This document shows, piece by piece, positions 48,751-58,786 of a stretch of DNA of 64,000 bases. Under the pieces are notes generated by a model, which had not been told where the DNA came from, made no database searches, and saw only the letters and a program-made list of their open reading frames with translations. The stretch's first letter is position 1, and each line of letters opens with the position of its first letter. This DNA comes from a bacterium. GTDB taxonomy: Bacteria; Patescibacteriota; Minisyncoccia; Phycocordibacterales; UBA6065. The position numbers and the translations under genes are program-made. Location of the stretch: positions 103,801 to 167,800 of the forward strand of contig JAUXUT010000149.1 of assembly GCA_030680695.1 (NCBI GenBank). The letters run 5' to 3'.

Positions 48751-49047
48751 ATGACAACGAAAATGACAACAAAAATAGCGACAAGAACATATCGGAAATG
48801 GACCGTTCCTTCCGTATATCTTTTCAGGGACCAGCCAGATATAGATCAGTCTATACAAGGAAACCATTTCAATAATATGTCCGCTTTGTTTCTACGTAGG
48901 TTCGCCAAAATGTATGCAGCGGGTGGCATATCGCAAGACGAACGGGCACGCATACGCCGACAACTCGAACGAGTTTTTGACGCCTATGACGCACTTTATC
49001 CAATCGAACCAGAGGGAGGCATGTATTTGCGCGGCGCAGACCGTTAA
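48751..49047 (+). CDS. Hypothetical protein
   Basis: 98-aa ORF filling the gap after radC. Confidence 0.5.
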   Translation: MTTKMTTKIATRTYRKWTVPSVYLFRDQPDIDQSIQGNHFNNMSALFLRRFAKMYAAGGISQDERARIRRQLERVFDAYDALYPIEPEGGMYLRGADR

Positions 49048-49062
49048 ACGCCCATCTTGATT

Positions 49063-50241
49063 CTACGCAGACAAGCGACTTGGCGGGGTATCGCGAATGG
49101 CAAGGGAATATCGCAAACCATAGAGCATCACGAAACCGAGTACGATAAACAGGGTCTTCATGTCGGCAACGGTGAACAAAAGCGTGGCCACGACTGGGCC
49201 CAATACGTATGCGAACGGCCTCGCCATCCTCGAGAATCCGATCAAGTGGCTCTTGCTTGCGTCGACTTTTTTGAAGAAATAAGCCTCAATCATAGTCTCA
49301 GCAATCGATGCACCGATACGAGTGACGAACAGTATTCCCGCCCAAACGAATGGATTTCCGTTCGTGACGAATGCTGTGGCAATGGTCGCGACGCCCATGA
49401 TTATGAATCCGAGCGACAGCAGTTTCTTCTCGCCATGCGCGTCTGCAAGCTTGCCCCACCAGCTTTCGAAAAGGAACGGTATGAGCATAAATGAAAGGAT
49501 GAAGCCGATGGTGTCCCATTCGAACCCGACATACTGATGCAAATACAGGGGCGCGTATATGACCATCCAGGCATAGAAGAACTGGAGCAGTACCTGCGCG
49601 AACAGTATGGATTTGATGTCTTTGTCGCCAGATATATCGACAATGCTTTTCCAAAATGGCGTACGACTGTACTGCGGATCCTTGAAGTCTCGCAATTGGA
49701 ATAACATGAGTGATATGACAGGTAACAGCATCAAGGCGCTCGCCATATAAACGTACGAAAAATGAATCTCCTGAAGTATGAATGAGGCGAGGACAGGGGA
49801 GACGAGCCACGCGACCGCACCCATGGACAGGTATGCGCCGCGGATACTGCCTGTTTTCGAGTCTGGCGAGAAGCTTTCTAGGAATATGTCGACGCAGAAG
49901 TTTATGAGGGCAATGGCAACGAAGTTTAGTATGAAAGCCGATATGGCAATCATGACGCCGAGTCCCGAAACAAGTCCAATAAGCGACAAGAGGCACAATG
50001 ACAGAAGTAACAGTGCGAGTTTCAGGTTTCCGAAGCGGCGCAAGAAGCGCGGCATTTCAATGAAGGCCGCGAGCGCAACGATAGACGATGCGGTATACAC
50101 GATTCCCACCAACCCTTCGGGCAGGAAGCTCGCCAAGAAAGACGAGTTTATGTATGTCGGAATCGCGTGCGAGAGGGTGAACAGGAAGCCGAGGATATAT
50201 ATGATGCCGCGCTTTTGCGAAAGTGTCTTGTCTTCGAGCAT
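49063..50241 (-). CDS. MFS transporter
   Basis: ~12 TM segments, GKLADAHGEKK loop motif. Confidence 0.88.
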   Translation of the reverse strand: MLEDKTLSQKRGIIYILGFLFTLSHAIPTYINSSFLASFLPEGLVGIVYTASSIVALAAFIEMPRFLRRFGNLKLALLLLSLCLLSLIGLVSGLGVMIAISAFILNFVAIALINFCVDIFLESFSPDSKTGSIRGAYLSMGAVAWLVSPVLASFILQEIHFSYVYMASALMLLPVISLMLFQLRDFKDPQYSRTPFWKSIVDISGDKDIKSILFAQVLLQFFYAWMVIYAPLYLHQYVGFEWDTIGFILSFMLIPFLFESWWGKLADAHGEKKLLSLGFIIMGVATIATAFVTNGNPFVWAGILFVTRIGASIAETMIEAYFFKKVDASKSHLIGFSRMARPFAYVLGPVVATLLFTVADMKTLFIVLGFVMLYGLRYSLAIRDTPPSRLSA

Positions 50242-50323
50242 GGTTCGGTGGATTGCAGACTATTATACCAAAGAAAAAGCACCCAATCGGGCGCTTTTTC
50301 ACGATCCACGTTTGCGTTTAAGT

Positions 50324-52306
50324 CTAGACGGTCAGCAACACCGGAATAACCACCGGCCTTTTGGCGGTCTCCTGGAACAGATGGCGCGCTACAGCGTCGG
50401 TCACATTGGTTTTGATCATATCGACGTCGATTGGGTTCATGCCCTCGGCAGTGCGCTCGATTGATTCCTTGATGATAGTCCTCGTTTCTCGGAGGAGGTC
50501 CTGCGATTCACGCAGATACACGAAGCCTCGTGATATGATGTCTGGTGACTTGCGCAAGCGTCCGGTCTGGGAATCGAGTATACCGAAGACAATAAACATA
50601 CCGTCCTGGGCGAGCATCTGGCGGTCGCGGAGAACCACTTCCTGGGCGTCTCCCACGGCGAATCCGTCTACGAGCACGAGATTCGAAGGGGCTTTCTCCT
50701 TGAGGACCGTGATGGTCTTGCCTTCGTCGCGGATTTCGATGACTGATCCGTTATCTGGGATGATGACGTTTTCCCTTGGTACGCCAAGACTGTAGGCGAG
50801 GTCAGTGTGCTGGCGGAGCATGTAGTGATGACCATGCACTGGCATGAAGAAGCGATATTTCATCTGCTGATGGATCCATTTCAGCTCGTCGCGGTTTCCG
50901 TGACCAGACGCATGGATGTCGGAATCGAGATACGTGATGATTTTTGCATCCGTTCGATAGAGGTTGTCCTTCAATTTAACAACAGCCGAATGGTTTGTCG
51001 GGATGATAGATGACGAGAGCAGAATGGTGTCTGTTTTTCGGAGCTTGAGATATTTGTGCTGGTTTGTCGCCATGCGCATAAGTGCCGCAAATTCCTCGCC
51101 CTGGGCGCCGGTCACGAGCATCACGATGCGATCAGGCGGATATTGTTCGATGTCCTCGACAGGAATGATGTTTGTGAGTTTGGCGAGGTCGAGATGCTTT
51201 ATGATTTCCACATTGTTTTTCATCGAGCGGCCTTCAACAACGACTTTCTTGCCGTATTTTTCAGCAGAATTGATGATGGCGAGTATGCGTTCCACCTGGG
51301 ACGCGAAAGTTCCAATGACCAGGCGGCCAGTCACAGTTTTGATGTATTTATCGATGTTTTCGATCACGACAGATTCAGACAACGAGAAACCTGTCTTTTC
51401 GACTGATGTTGAGTCGAGGGTGAGCAGGAGCACGTTCATGTCCTTGAACTGCTTGTACTGTTCTACTTCTTCTTCGGTCGGTACACCGTTGATGTTGTCG
51501 ACGCGCACGTCCTCGATGAATACGATGTTGCCATACGGCGTCTCGATGATGAGTCCCATTGCGTCTGGAATGGTGTGCGAGATAGGGAAGGTCTTCACGC
51601 GTATCTTGCCCGCCGTGATGGTTTCGTTACCCTTGATCACTTTGATGTCGAGAGGCTTGAGGTGAGGGAATTCGGTCTGGCGTTTCTCGATCATAATGGC
51701 GCCGAACTGCCTGGTGTACAGGGTTGGGTAGCCGATGCGGTCGATGATGAAAGGGATACCGCCGATGTGGTCGAGGTGTCCGTGGGTGATGAAGAGTGCG
51801 CGGATTTTATCTTTGCGTTCCTCGAGGTATCGGGTGTTAGGAAGTATATAGTCGATGCCAGGAGTGGATTCGTCCTTGAACTGGAAACCTGCATCAACAA
51901 CGATGATATCGTCGCCGATTTCAAAGGCGGTCATGTTCTTGCCGATTTCTTCTACGCCTCCGATAGGAATGATGCGAATGTTACCTGGTGCGAGTGGTGG
52001 AATGACGTCTGCAGGGCGTGCCTCAGCAATTGGTGCAGATTCAAGCCTGTTGAAGCCACCAGCCATAGGTCGGCGGTCGTGGCTTCGTCTGTCGCGTCCC
52101 ATACCACCACCGTTACCGCGGCCTCCTCGGCCACGCGATCCGCCCATGCCTGGACCTCCTCGGCCTCGTCCTCCACGGCCGCCGCGTCGGCGTGGCCCGC
52201 CAGTTTCTGCTCCTCCTCGTCCGTGGCTGTGGTGCGGCGCTCTGTGTGACGACGATGCTGGTGTCGCGCTCGCTGCCGAAACCGTCTGCTTGTTCTCTGA
52301 ATCCAT
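50324..52306 (-). CDS. rnj: Ribonuclease J with RGG-rich N-terminal extension
   Basis: GGVEEIGKNM, THGHLDHIG, HTIPD, HASGH, PVHG. Confidence 0.95.
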   Translation of the reverse strand: MDSENKQTVSAASATPASSSHRAPHHSHGRGGAETGGPRRRGGRGGRGRGGPGMGGSRGRGGRGNGGGMGRDRRSHDRRPMAGGFNRLESAPIAEARPADVIPPLAPGNIRIIPIGGVEEIGKNMTAFEIGDDIIVVDAGFQFKDESTPGIDYILPNTRYLEERKDKIRALFITHGHLDHIGGIPFIIDRIGYPTLYTRQFGAIMIEKRQTEFPHLKPLDIKVIKGNETITAGKIRVKTFPISHTIPDAMGLIIETPYGNIVFIEDVRVDNINGVPTEEEVEQYKQFKDMNVLLLTLDSTSVEKTGFSLSESVVIENIDKYIKTVTGRLVIGTFASQVERILAIINSAEKYGKKVVVEGRSMKNNVEIIKHLDLAKLTNIIPVEDIEQYPPDRIVMLVTGAQGEEFAALMRMATNQHKYLKLRKTDTILLSSSIIPTNHSAVVKLKDNLYRTDAKIITYLDSDIHASGHGNRDELKWIHQQMKYRFFMPVHGHHYMLRQHTDLAYSLGVPRENVIIPDNGSVIEIRDEGKTITVLKEKAPSNLVLVDGFAVGDAQEVVLRDRQMLAQDGMFIVFGILDSQTGRLRKSPDIISRGFVYLRESQDLLRETRTIIKESIERTAEGMNPIDVDMIKTNVTDAVARHLFQETAKRPVVIPVLLTV

Positions 52307-52317
52307 TTCTATGTTAG

Positions 52318-54078
52318 TTACTTTCTAATGTTTGTAATCGCAAATATTTTCCACACTCGTTCCTTCGAGAGATGCCATTTTTCTACTCCCTGGAATCGGT
52401 CGGATGGAGTGGTAATTTGGCCGAGCTCTACGCCCTGGAGCCTGTCCGGTACAGCGTATATAAAGTCTGGGCTCCAAAGGAAGATCGCAGGGGTGTCCGC
52501 CGCAACCTCAGCAGCAAATGCAGCATAGTCGCCCTGGAAGGTCGAGGAATCAGTCGCCTGCCTCATTCGGGTGAGTATGTTGTCAGCCTTGCTGTTGGTG
52601 TAAAGGGCGATATTTAGACCGGGATCGTTTCTTTGTGATGAGTGCCAGAATGCGTATAGGTCAGGATTCTTGCCTGTGACGATGCCGAAAAGAAGAGCAT
52701 CGTATTTTCTTGGTCTGATTACGGCCTGGTTGAGGTCGGTTGGTTCGAAGACCTTAACATCTACTTCTGCACCGATGGCTTTCCAGTTTTCTTCGATATG
52801 ACGAGCTGCTTCGACGAGTTCTGGTACGTTTGCAGTCGCAAGAGAAAGCGAAAGCGTTGTGGTTGCAGTTGTCTTGTTTGTTTTATATCCAAATATTCCG
52901 GTTTCAGGGTCCATCTTCCAGCCTCCTTTTATAAGGAGAGCCTGTGCATCTTCGATGTTCGAGATCTGATCTGGACGTGTGGCCATGGACGCTTCTTCCG
53001 ATCCCGAAAGTGCTGGCGGCAAAGGACCATCCGCGACGGTCGCAAAGCCCTTCAAGACGTTCTCGACAATATTTTGCTTGTCTATGGCCGCATCGAGCGC
53101 CTTTCGTGCCTCTTTGTGGGTAAGTATTTCGCGCTGGTTATGGTTGAAGAAGATTCCGAAAACGCGGGTGTATGGTGCGCGCATGAGGCGTTCGCCAGCA
53201 ATGGCTTCGTTTCCGGCTGTAGGACCGAGGTTTGACGCACTTTCAATTTCCTTGCTACGAAGGGCGTTCATGAGGGCGTTGTCGCTCGCATAGAAACGAA
53301 CTACGATGCGCGATATGTAAGGTTCGCCCGCGGTATACTTTTTGTTTGCGGAAAGAGAATATGAGGTCGGCAAACCGTCCGCAGCGCGCTGAATCGATGA
53401 TATACGGTATGGTCCAGATCCTATCGCGTCTACGTTGCTCGAGCTAAATGGGAATTGGTCGCTCGAATAAGACTGCCAGATATGGCGAGGAAGTATACCG
53501 AGCGAGAGGTTGCCGATGAACGGCGCGTATGGCTGTTTGAGTCGGAATGCGATTTCGTGGGTGCCTTTTTTCTCGACGGTGACACCTTCCCAACTTACAC
53601 GGCGAGGACTTTTCAAGGTTGAGTCCTGGGCTTTTAGTACGGTGAATTCAATATCGTCGGCTGTGAGAGGCTCACCATCATGGAATACGGCGTCTTTGCG
53701 TATGGTGAATGAATACAAGAGACCGTCGTCCGATATTGTGAAGCTTTCGGACAGGTCGTTTACATATCCACCGTCGGGCGTTGCCTTAAGGAGACCAGAA
53801 TATACCAGTGCAACAAGGTCGCGGTCGGCGTCGGACGATGCGAGCAGGGGATTAATGAAGCGCGGTGTACCTACGACGCCTTCAACGAGGGTTCCACCAC
53901 GATGTGGTACGTCGACCATGAAATGTCCGCTTGCTTTTACGGTGAGCGAAAGGACAGATCCAGCGAATACAGCAAAAGCTACAAGGAATATGGCCTTGCT
54001 TGTTATGCTAAACGATTCGAACGCCTTGTGGAGCTCGTGGAGGCCTTTAATGCGGCGCTCGCGGATGAATGGTTCCAT
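52318..54078 (-). CDS. ABC transporter substrate-binding protein, family 5 (OppA-like)
   Basis: GGTLVEG...PRFINPL, FHDGEPLTADDIEFT, IGSGPY, FWHSSQ. Confidence 0.9.
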   Translation of the reverse strand: MEPFIRERRIKGLHELHKAFESFSITSKAIFLVAFAVFAGSVLSLTVKASGHFMVDVPHRGGTLVEGVVGTPRFINPLLASSDADRDLVALVYSGLLKATPDGGYVNDLSESFTISDDGLLYSFTIRKDAVFHDGEPLTADDIEFTVLKAQDSTLKSPRRVSWEGVTVEKKGTHEIAFRLKQPYAPFIGNLSLGILPRHIWQSYSSDQFPFSSSNVDAIGSGPYRISSIQRAADGLPTSYSLSANKKYTAGEPYISRIVVRFYASDNALMNALRSKEIESASNLGPTAGNEAIAGERLMRAPYTRVFGIFFNHNQREILTHKEARKALDAAIDKQNIVENVLKGFATVADGPLPPALSGSEEASMATRPDQISNIEDAQALLIKGGWKMDPETGIFGYKTNKTTATTTLSLSLATANVPELVEAARHIEENWKAIGAEVDVKVFEPTDLNQAVIRPRKYDALLFGIVTGKNPDLYAFWHSSQRNDPGLNIALYTNSKADNILTRMRQATDSSTFQGDYAAFAAEVAADTPAIFLWSPDFIYAVPDRLQGVELGQITTPSDRFQGVEKWHLSKERVWKIFAITNIRK

Positions 54079-54126
54079 TATGTTGTCCTGCGCGGGCAGG
54101 TTCGTTAGATAAGGTAAAGGTGAAGT

Positions 54127-54357
54127 CTAGAACATGAGTGACAGGACTGCGGTGACTGCAAAAAGTACGCCGAGCACGACGGTCGAGATGAAGAGCAGCT
54201 TTTCGAAGCCGCGTCGCGTGTGGAATACCGAGCTCATGTCGCCTCCGCCACCGAGCGCCCCGCCATTCATAGCACCCGACTGCTGGAGAAGGATGGCTGC
54301 GATGAGGAGTACCGAGATGATTAGCTGCACGTACGGCAGGATGCCAGAAATACTCAT
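54127..54357 (-). CDS. secG: Preprotein translocase subunit SecG
   Basis: ILLQQSG...GGALGGG...TRRGFEKLL, 2 TMs. Confidence 0.92.
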   Translation of the reverse strand: MSISGILPYVQLIISVLLIAAILLQQSGAMNGGALGGGGDMSSVFHTRRGFEKLLFISTVVLGVLFAVTAVLSLMF

Positions 54358-54456
54358 GGGTCAAAGGTTAGCACGAGGTAGGGCAATAGGCAAGAACCTA
54401 CCACACATGTGACTTTTCCTTGACGCAGCCCTAAAAATGCTATACTTGAAGCCTAC

Positions 54457-55083
54457 ATGAAGGCTATAACCACGTTTTTCGAAACGTACCTAAACGTTCC
54501 CGAATCCAAGGTCCGCTACCTTACCCGTCCCACGGCCATAGATCGTTTTTTAGAGAAAACGTTCATAAAACTCTTGCCAGAGTCTGTTACCCCGAACCAG
54601 ATAACTAGGTTTAGGCTGTTATCGATACCTGTTATTGCCATTTGTCTTGTTTTGGAATGGTACGCAGTCGGAACTGTCCTTTTCTTGTTTTCGGCTTTTT
54701 CTGATGCCATTGACGGAGCGTTGGCTCGTACTAAAAAGCAGGTTACGGTGTGGGGTACGTTTTATGACCCAATTGCCGACAAGCTCCTTATCGGAATGGT
54801 TGCGACGATTGTCATCACAAAATATGTCAGTCCATATCTTGCCCTTTTCATAATCATTCTCGAGATACTACTTGTTGCCTCCGCATATTACCGATACAAG
54901 GGCAGGGTCGTGCCAGCCAAGACCATGGGCAAGAGCAAGATGGTGTTGCAATGTGTCGGCGTGATATTGCTCTTGTTCTATATATTGTTCCCGGTGGCTT
55001 GGCTTTTTGCCGTCGCTACATGGGCACTGTACATATCCGTCGTATTTTCGCTCTTGTCGCTTCTGGTTTTCAGGTCTATATAG
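54457..55083 (+). CDS. CDP-alcohol phosphatidyltransferase (PgsA-like)
   Basis: PNQIT; DAIDGALAR...GTFYDPIADK. Confidence 0.9.
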   Translation: MKAITTFFETYLNVPESKVRYLTRPTAIDRFLEKTFIKLLPESVTPNQITRFRLLSIPVIAICLVLEWYAVGTVLFLFSAFSDAIDGALARTKKQVTVWGTFYDPIADKLLIGMVATIVITKYVSPYLALFIIILEILLVASAYYRYKGRVVPAKTMGKSKMVLQCVGVILLLFYILFPVAWLFAVATWALYISVVFSLLSLLVFRSI

Positions 55084-55102
55084 AAAAGTTATAATATCGA
55101 TC

Positions 55103-55606
55103 ATGAGAAATAAGATCATCCTGATTTTTGTAATTGTCTTGGTGGTGCTTGCGGCATGGTCTGCAGTCAGCCATTCACGGATCGTTGCCGCCGATGCTCT
55201 CGCGACTAAACAGTGGCTCGCGGCAGATTCTGCGTATGCGGCGCGCTTCGCGCGCATGGCGGATGCTCTTTCAAGTACAGATGCGGCTGGTTTCGCCGCG
55301 GCCGTGAACAGGTATGTATCGTCACAGGGCATGGACACCAAAGCCCTCGCCGCCGCCGATGTCGAGGCAGAATATGCGCAGGCGGTATTTGCCAAAGACG
55401 GCGATCTGACCGTTCCATCGTCCTTGTCTGCGGCCCGTTTGGAAGCCGTGCAGGCAACAGATGCGGCCGTTTCAGCGGCGAGGGGCTCGTATAATGAGGC
55501 CGTAAGGGTTTATAATACGAGTATATCGGGATTTCCTGGCTCTGTGGTTGCAAGGATGTTCGGATATGGGCCGCGCACGTATCTGCGTGCAACCGACGGA
55601 TTCTAA
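55103..55606 (+). CDS. Divergent LemA-like protein
   Basis: N-terminal TM; ARGSYNEAVRVYNTSISGFPGSVVARMFG. Confidence 0.75.
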   Translation: MRNKIILIFVIVLVVLAAWSAVSHSRIVAADALATKQWLAADSAYAARFARMADALSSTDAAGFAAAVNRYVSSQGMDTKALAAADVEAEYAQAVFAKDGDLTVPSSLSAARLEAVQATDAAVSAARGSYNEAVRVYNTSISGFPGSVVARMFGYGPRTYLRATDGF

Positions 55607-55621
55607 TTAACAAAACTCATC

Positions 55622-56173
55622 ATGAAATACATACTTATTGCTGTTGGTGTCATCGTTGTTTGGGCGGTATTCGCCTATAACTCGTTTATAAGTCTCATTA
55701 ACAGGGCCAAGGAGGCTTGGTCTGACATCGACGTACAGCTCAAGAGGCGCTATGACCTCATCCCTAATCTCGTGAACTCGGTCAAGGGATATGCGACCCA
55801 TGAAAAATCGGTCTTCGAGAACGTTACCGCGGCGAGGGCTGCTGCAATCGGCGCCCAGACCCCAGAAGAAAAGGGTAAGGCAGAAAACATGCTCACAGGC
55901 GCGCTCAAATCAGTGTTCGCGGTCGCCGAGGCATATCCTGACCTCAAGGCCAATACCAATTTCATTGAACTCCAGCGCGAGCTTTCAGACACCGAGAACA
56001 AAATACAGTCTGCTCGAAGGTTCTACAACTCGAACGTCAGGGCTCTTAACACCAAGGTCGATTCGTTCCCATCAAATATCATCGCCTCGATGTTCAAGTT
56101 TGGCCACATGGAGCTTTTCTCGCTCGACGAAGCTGACGCGGCGGCTAGGAATCCGGTCGAGGTCAAGTTCTAG
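55622..56173 (+). CDS. lemA: LemA family protein
   Basis: AWSDIDVQLKRRYDLIPNLV...AEAYPDLKA...ARRFYN...FPSNIIA. Confidence 0.95.
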   Translation: MKYILIAVGVIVVWAVFAYNSFISLINRAKEAWSDIDVQLKRRYDLIPNLVNSVKGYATHEKSVFENVTAARAAAIGAQTPEEKGKAENMLTGALKSVFAVAEAYPDLKANTNFIELQRELSDTENKIQSARRFYNSNVRALNTKVDSFPSNIIASMFKFGHMELFSLDEADAAARNPVEVKF

Positions 56174-56184
56174 CTTTCCCAACC

Positions 56185-57084
56185 GTGACTCTCTATTCAC
56201 AGCAGTCACATAATGTTTGGAAGACATGGCTACTCATGGCATGTTTCCTTGCCGTGCTCGCCGGTGTGGGATATTTCTTAAGCCTTTATTATGGCAATCC
56301 GCTGATATTTACTATCGCGATTGTTATATCGGTGCTCATGAATATCGGCAGTTACTGGTTCTCAGATAAAATCGTCCTCAAGCTTTCCCACGCACGTGCT
56401 GTGACGCGACAGGAATTCCCAGATCTGTGGAACGTGACAGAAAACCTCGCAATCGCGGCCGGTCTGCCAATGCCAAAACTGTATATCATCGATGATCCAT
56501 CACCGAACGCGTTCGCCACGGGCAGGAACAAACAACATTCGGCTGTGGCCGTAACCACAGGTCTCATGGCAATCCTTGACCGGCCCGAACTGGAGGGCGT
56601 TGTCGCGCATGAACTAGCCCATATCGGTAACAGGGACATACTTCTCATGTCGGTAGTGGCAGTACTCGTCGGTTGCATCGCCCTTGCCGGGGATTTCTTC
56701 CTACGTTCGCAGATATTCGGTGGCGGTGGCAGGAGCAAGGATAACGGTAATCAGCTCGTTATGATCATTGGTATCGTGTTTCTCATCCTTTCACCAATCG
56801 TTGCGACTGTGATCAAATTAGCCGTGTCGAGAAGGCGCGAATTCCTCGCCGATGCGACGGGCGCCCTTATGACGAGGTATCCAGAAGGCCTCGCTGGGGC
56901 ATTGCGCAAGATATCGTCCCACGGCAAGCCATTGCGCCACGCCCACGCGGCGACGGCCCACATGTTCATATCAAACCCCTTGAAAGAAGGAGGGGACGAA
57001 AAGGTTTCAGGGTTCGCCAAACTTTTCATGACGCATCCACCGACAGGGGAGCGAATCGCGGCGTTGTTGGGACAGAAGGTGTAA
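56185..57084 (+). CDS. htpX: Zinc metalloprotease HtpX (M48)
   Basis: PNAFATG, HELAH, SRRREFLADA, THPP. Confidence 0.93.
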   Translation: MTLYSQQSHNVWKTWLLMACFLAVLAGVGYFLSLYYGNPLIFTIAIVISVLMNIGSYWFSDKIVLKLSHARAVTRQEFPDLWNVTENLAIAAGLPMPKLYIIDDPSPNAFATGRNKQHSAVAVTTGLMAILDRPELEGVVAHELAHIGNRDILLMSVVAVLVGCIALAGDFFLRSQIFGGGGRSKDNGNQLVMIIGIVFLILSPIVATVIKLAVSRRREFLADATGALMTRYPEGLAGALRKISSHGKPLRHAHAATAHMFISNPLKEGGDEKVSGFAKLFMTHPPTGERIAALLGQKV

Positions 57085-57179
57085 TCGCCGCAGCGGCACG
57101 CGCGGCGAGCCGACAGATTTGGAAAATTTCGGGTTTTGCCTCATATTAGTACCTGCCGACGGCAAGATGCGCGGCAAAC

Positions 57180-57266
57180 GGAGAGATGGCAGAGCGGTCT
57201 AATGCACCACCTTGGAAAGGTGGCGTGCCTGAAAGGGTACCGGGAGTTCGAATCTCCCTCTCTCCG
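57180..57266 (+). tRNA. tRNA-Ser(GGA)
   Basis: GGAGAGA/TCTCTCC stem, CCACC-TTGGAAA-GGTGG, long variable arm, G73. Confidence 0.95.
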
Positions 57267-57272
57267 CAAGAC

Positions 57273-57304
57273 CAAAAAATACAGGCCGGGGCCTGTATTT
57301 TTTG
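57273..57304. terminator. Bidirectional terminator after tRNA-Ser
   Basis: CAAAAAATACAGGCC-GG-GGCCTGTATTTTTTG. Confidence 0.8.
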
Positions 57305-57377
57305 TGTCTCTGCGGTTAGAGATAGGAGATGAGAAAGGCGGAGCGCGCCGAGGTCGCGAATATGCAGATATACCCTT

Positions 57378-57406
57378 ATTATACACCCGTCAACATCATT
57401 TGTCAA
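57378..57406 (-). promoter_or_regulatory. Consensus promoter with no downstream ORF (copy D)
   Basis: Minus strand TTGACA-N17-TATAAT with GGGTG before the -10; points at the tRNA-Ser terminator. Confidence 0.6.
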
Positions 57407-57410
57407 TACC

Positions 57411-58400
57411 CTATTCAAACCCAACCTTAAAGCCATACATTCCCATAGAACACGTTCCTTCAAGGGTCGTACCGGCCTCAGGTACTCCTAGGTCTATGAC
57501 TTCTTCTTGTGTTTGGGTAAGCATCTTGCGATATCCGAGTGATGGGATGGCGAGCGCGGCCGAACAATCATATGCGCGAGCGGCGTCGACTACGAGCATG
57601 GTAGGCATACCAGCCTGCGCCGTCGTCACTGATGGATGATAGCCTCTTCCTGCGCGGATGGTTATGTATTGCACTCCGTCGCGGATTTCCACGTTCTGAC
57701 CTTGCTGAACAGAATCAACAGATGATGCCGGTGTGTCAGCCGTAAACAACGGACGAATGATGCCAAGTCCAGCGAGCCCGCCAAGAAGGGCATAGATACC
57801 GAGGGCAATCACGATGACGCCGGCGGCTTTGAAAAGTGTTGGCGCGTGTTTTGAACGGATAAACGATGCAGATCCGAACGAAAGGGCGAGAAGCATCGGC
57901 AAGGTGCCGAGCGCGAACACCAGCATGATGAGGAGGCCGGTCATGAACGATCCACTGCCAAGAGCAGCCGCTTGCGCCGATTGCGTGAATCCGCAGGGCA
58001 AGAAAAACGTTGCGGCGCCGAGGGCGAGCGGCGCACCGGAACGGTGCGCCGCATCTTTGAGGCGAGCAAAAATCCGTTCAGGGAGCATGATGCCGCTTTT
58101 CGGGAGCGCTCCGACGAGGCTCAGTCCAAGGAGAATCATCACGATGGATGCGAATATTCCGAGGAATGCGCTCAAGGTAAGTCCAAATGAACCGATGGCC
58201 CCACCAATTGCACCAAGCACGCCGCCGAGCACGGCGAATGTGCCAAGTCTTCCGGCATGGAACAGGACGAATGTTCTCGTGCTACCTACGCCTTCTTGCG
58301 TGACCTTGGCCGACAATGACAGCACAAGGCCGCCTACGACCGCAAGGCAGCTTGAAATGGAGGCAAGGAGGCCGATGATGAGGGCGGTGGTCAGGGTCAT
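57411..58400 (-). CDS. DsbD_2/TauE-like membrane protein with C-terminal cupredoxin-like domain
   Basis: SSCLAVVGG, FHAGRL, FFLPCGFTQ, FALGTLP; GYHP...YDC...CSMGMY. Confidence 0.85.
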   Translation of the reverse strand: MTLTTALIIGLLASISSCLAVVGGLVLSLSAKVTQEGVGSTRTFVLFHAGRLGTFAVLGGVLGAIGGAIGSFGLTLSAFLGIFASIVMILLGLSLVGALPKSGIMLPERIFARLKDAAHRSGAPLALGAATFFLPCGFTQSAQAAALGSGSFMTGLLIMLVFALGTLPMLLALSFGSASFIRSKHAPTLFKAAGVIVIALGIYALLGGLAGLGIIRPLFTADTPASSVDSVQQGQNVEIRDGVQYITIRAGRGYHPSVTTAQAGMPTMLVVDAARAYDCSAALAIPSLGYRKMLTQTQEEVIDLGVPEAGTTLEGTCSMGMYGFKVGFE

Positions 58401-58765
58401 AGCTCGCAGCCGCTTATCTCGGCAAGGCGTTCGAGGCCCTGCTGGCCCTCGTATTTAGTTCCAGCAGCATCGACCCAGGTTGGATATCCATTGATACCTT
58501 TGTCGAGACAGATTTTCGTATTTTCAGGGCATTCGACATAGGGAACGTACGAGAACGCCGCGCCGAATCGGGCCTTCTCGGCCTTGCAGTGCGAGCACCA
58601 TTCAGCGCCGTACATGGTGAGGCCCTTCGATGCTATGCATTGGGCGAACGCGGTCAGTGCAGGGTTTGGCGCCGAGCTATCCTTGGCATATTTGGCTACC
58701 CAGAACGCTCCCAGGACGATGAGCGCGATCACAACCGCCGTAATAATCGTGTTGTTGATATTCAT
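58397..58765 (-). CDS. Membrane-anchored thioredoxin-like protein
   Basis: MYGAEWCSHCK...PYVEC...GYPTW; paralog of 44053-44439. Confidence 0.88.
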   Translation of the reverse strand: MNINNTIITAVVIALIVLGAFWVAKYAKDSSAPNPALTAFAQCIASKGLTMYGAEWCSHCKAEKARFGAAFSYVPYVECPENTKICLDKGINGYPTWVDAAGTKYEGQQGLERLAEISGCEL

Positions 58766-58786
58766 ACAGACACATTATGCCGTTTC

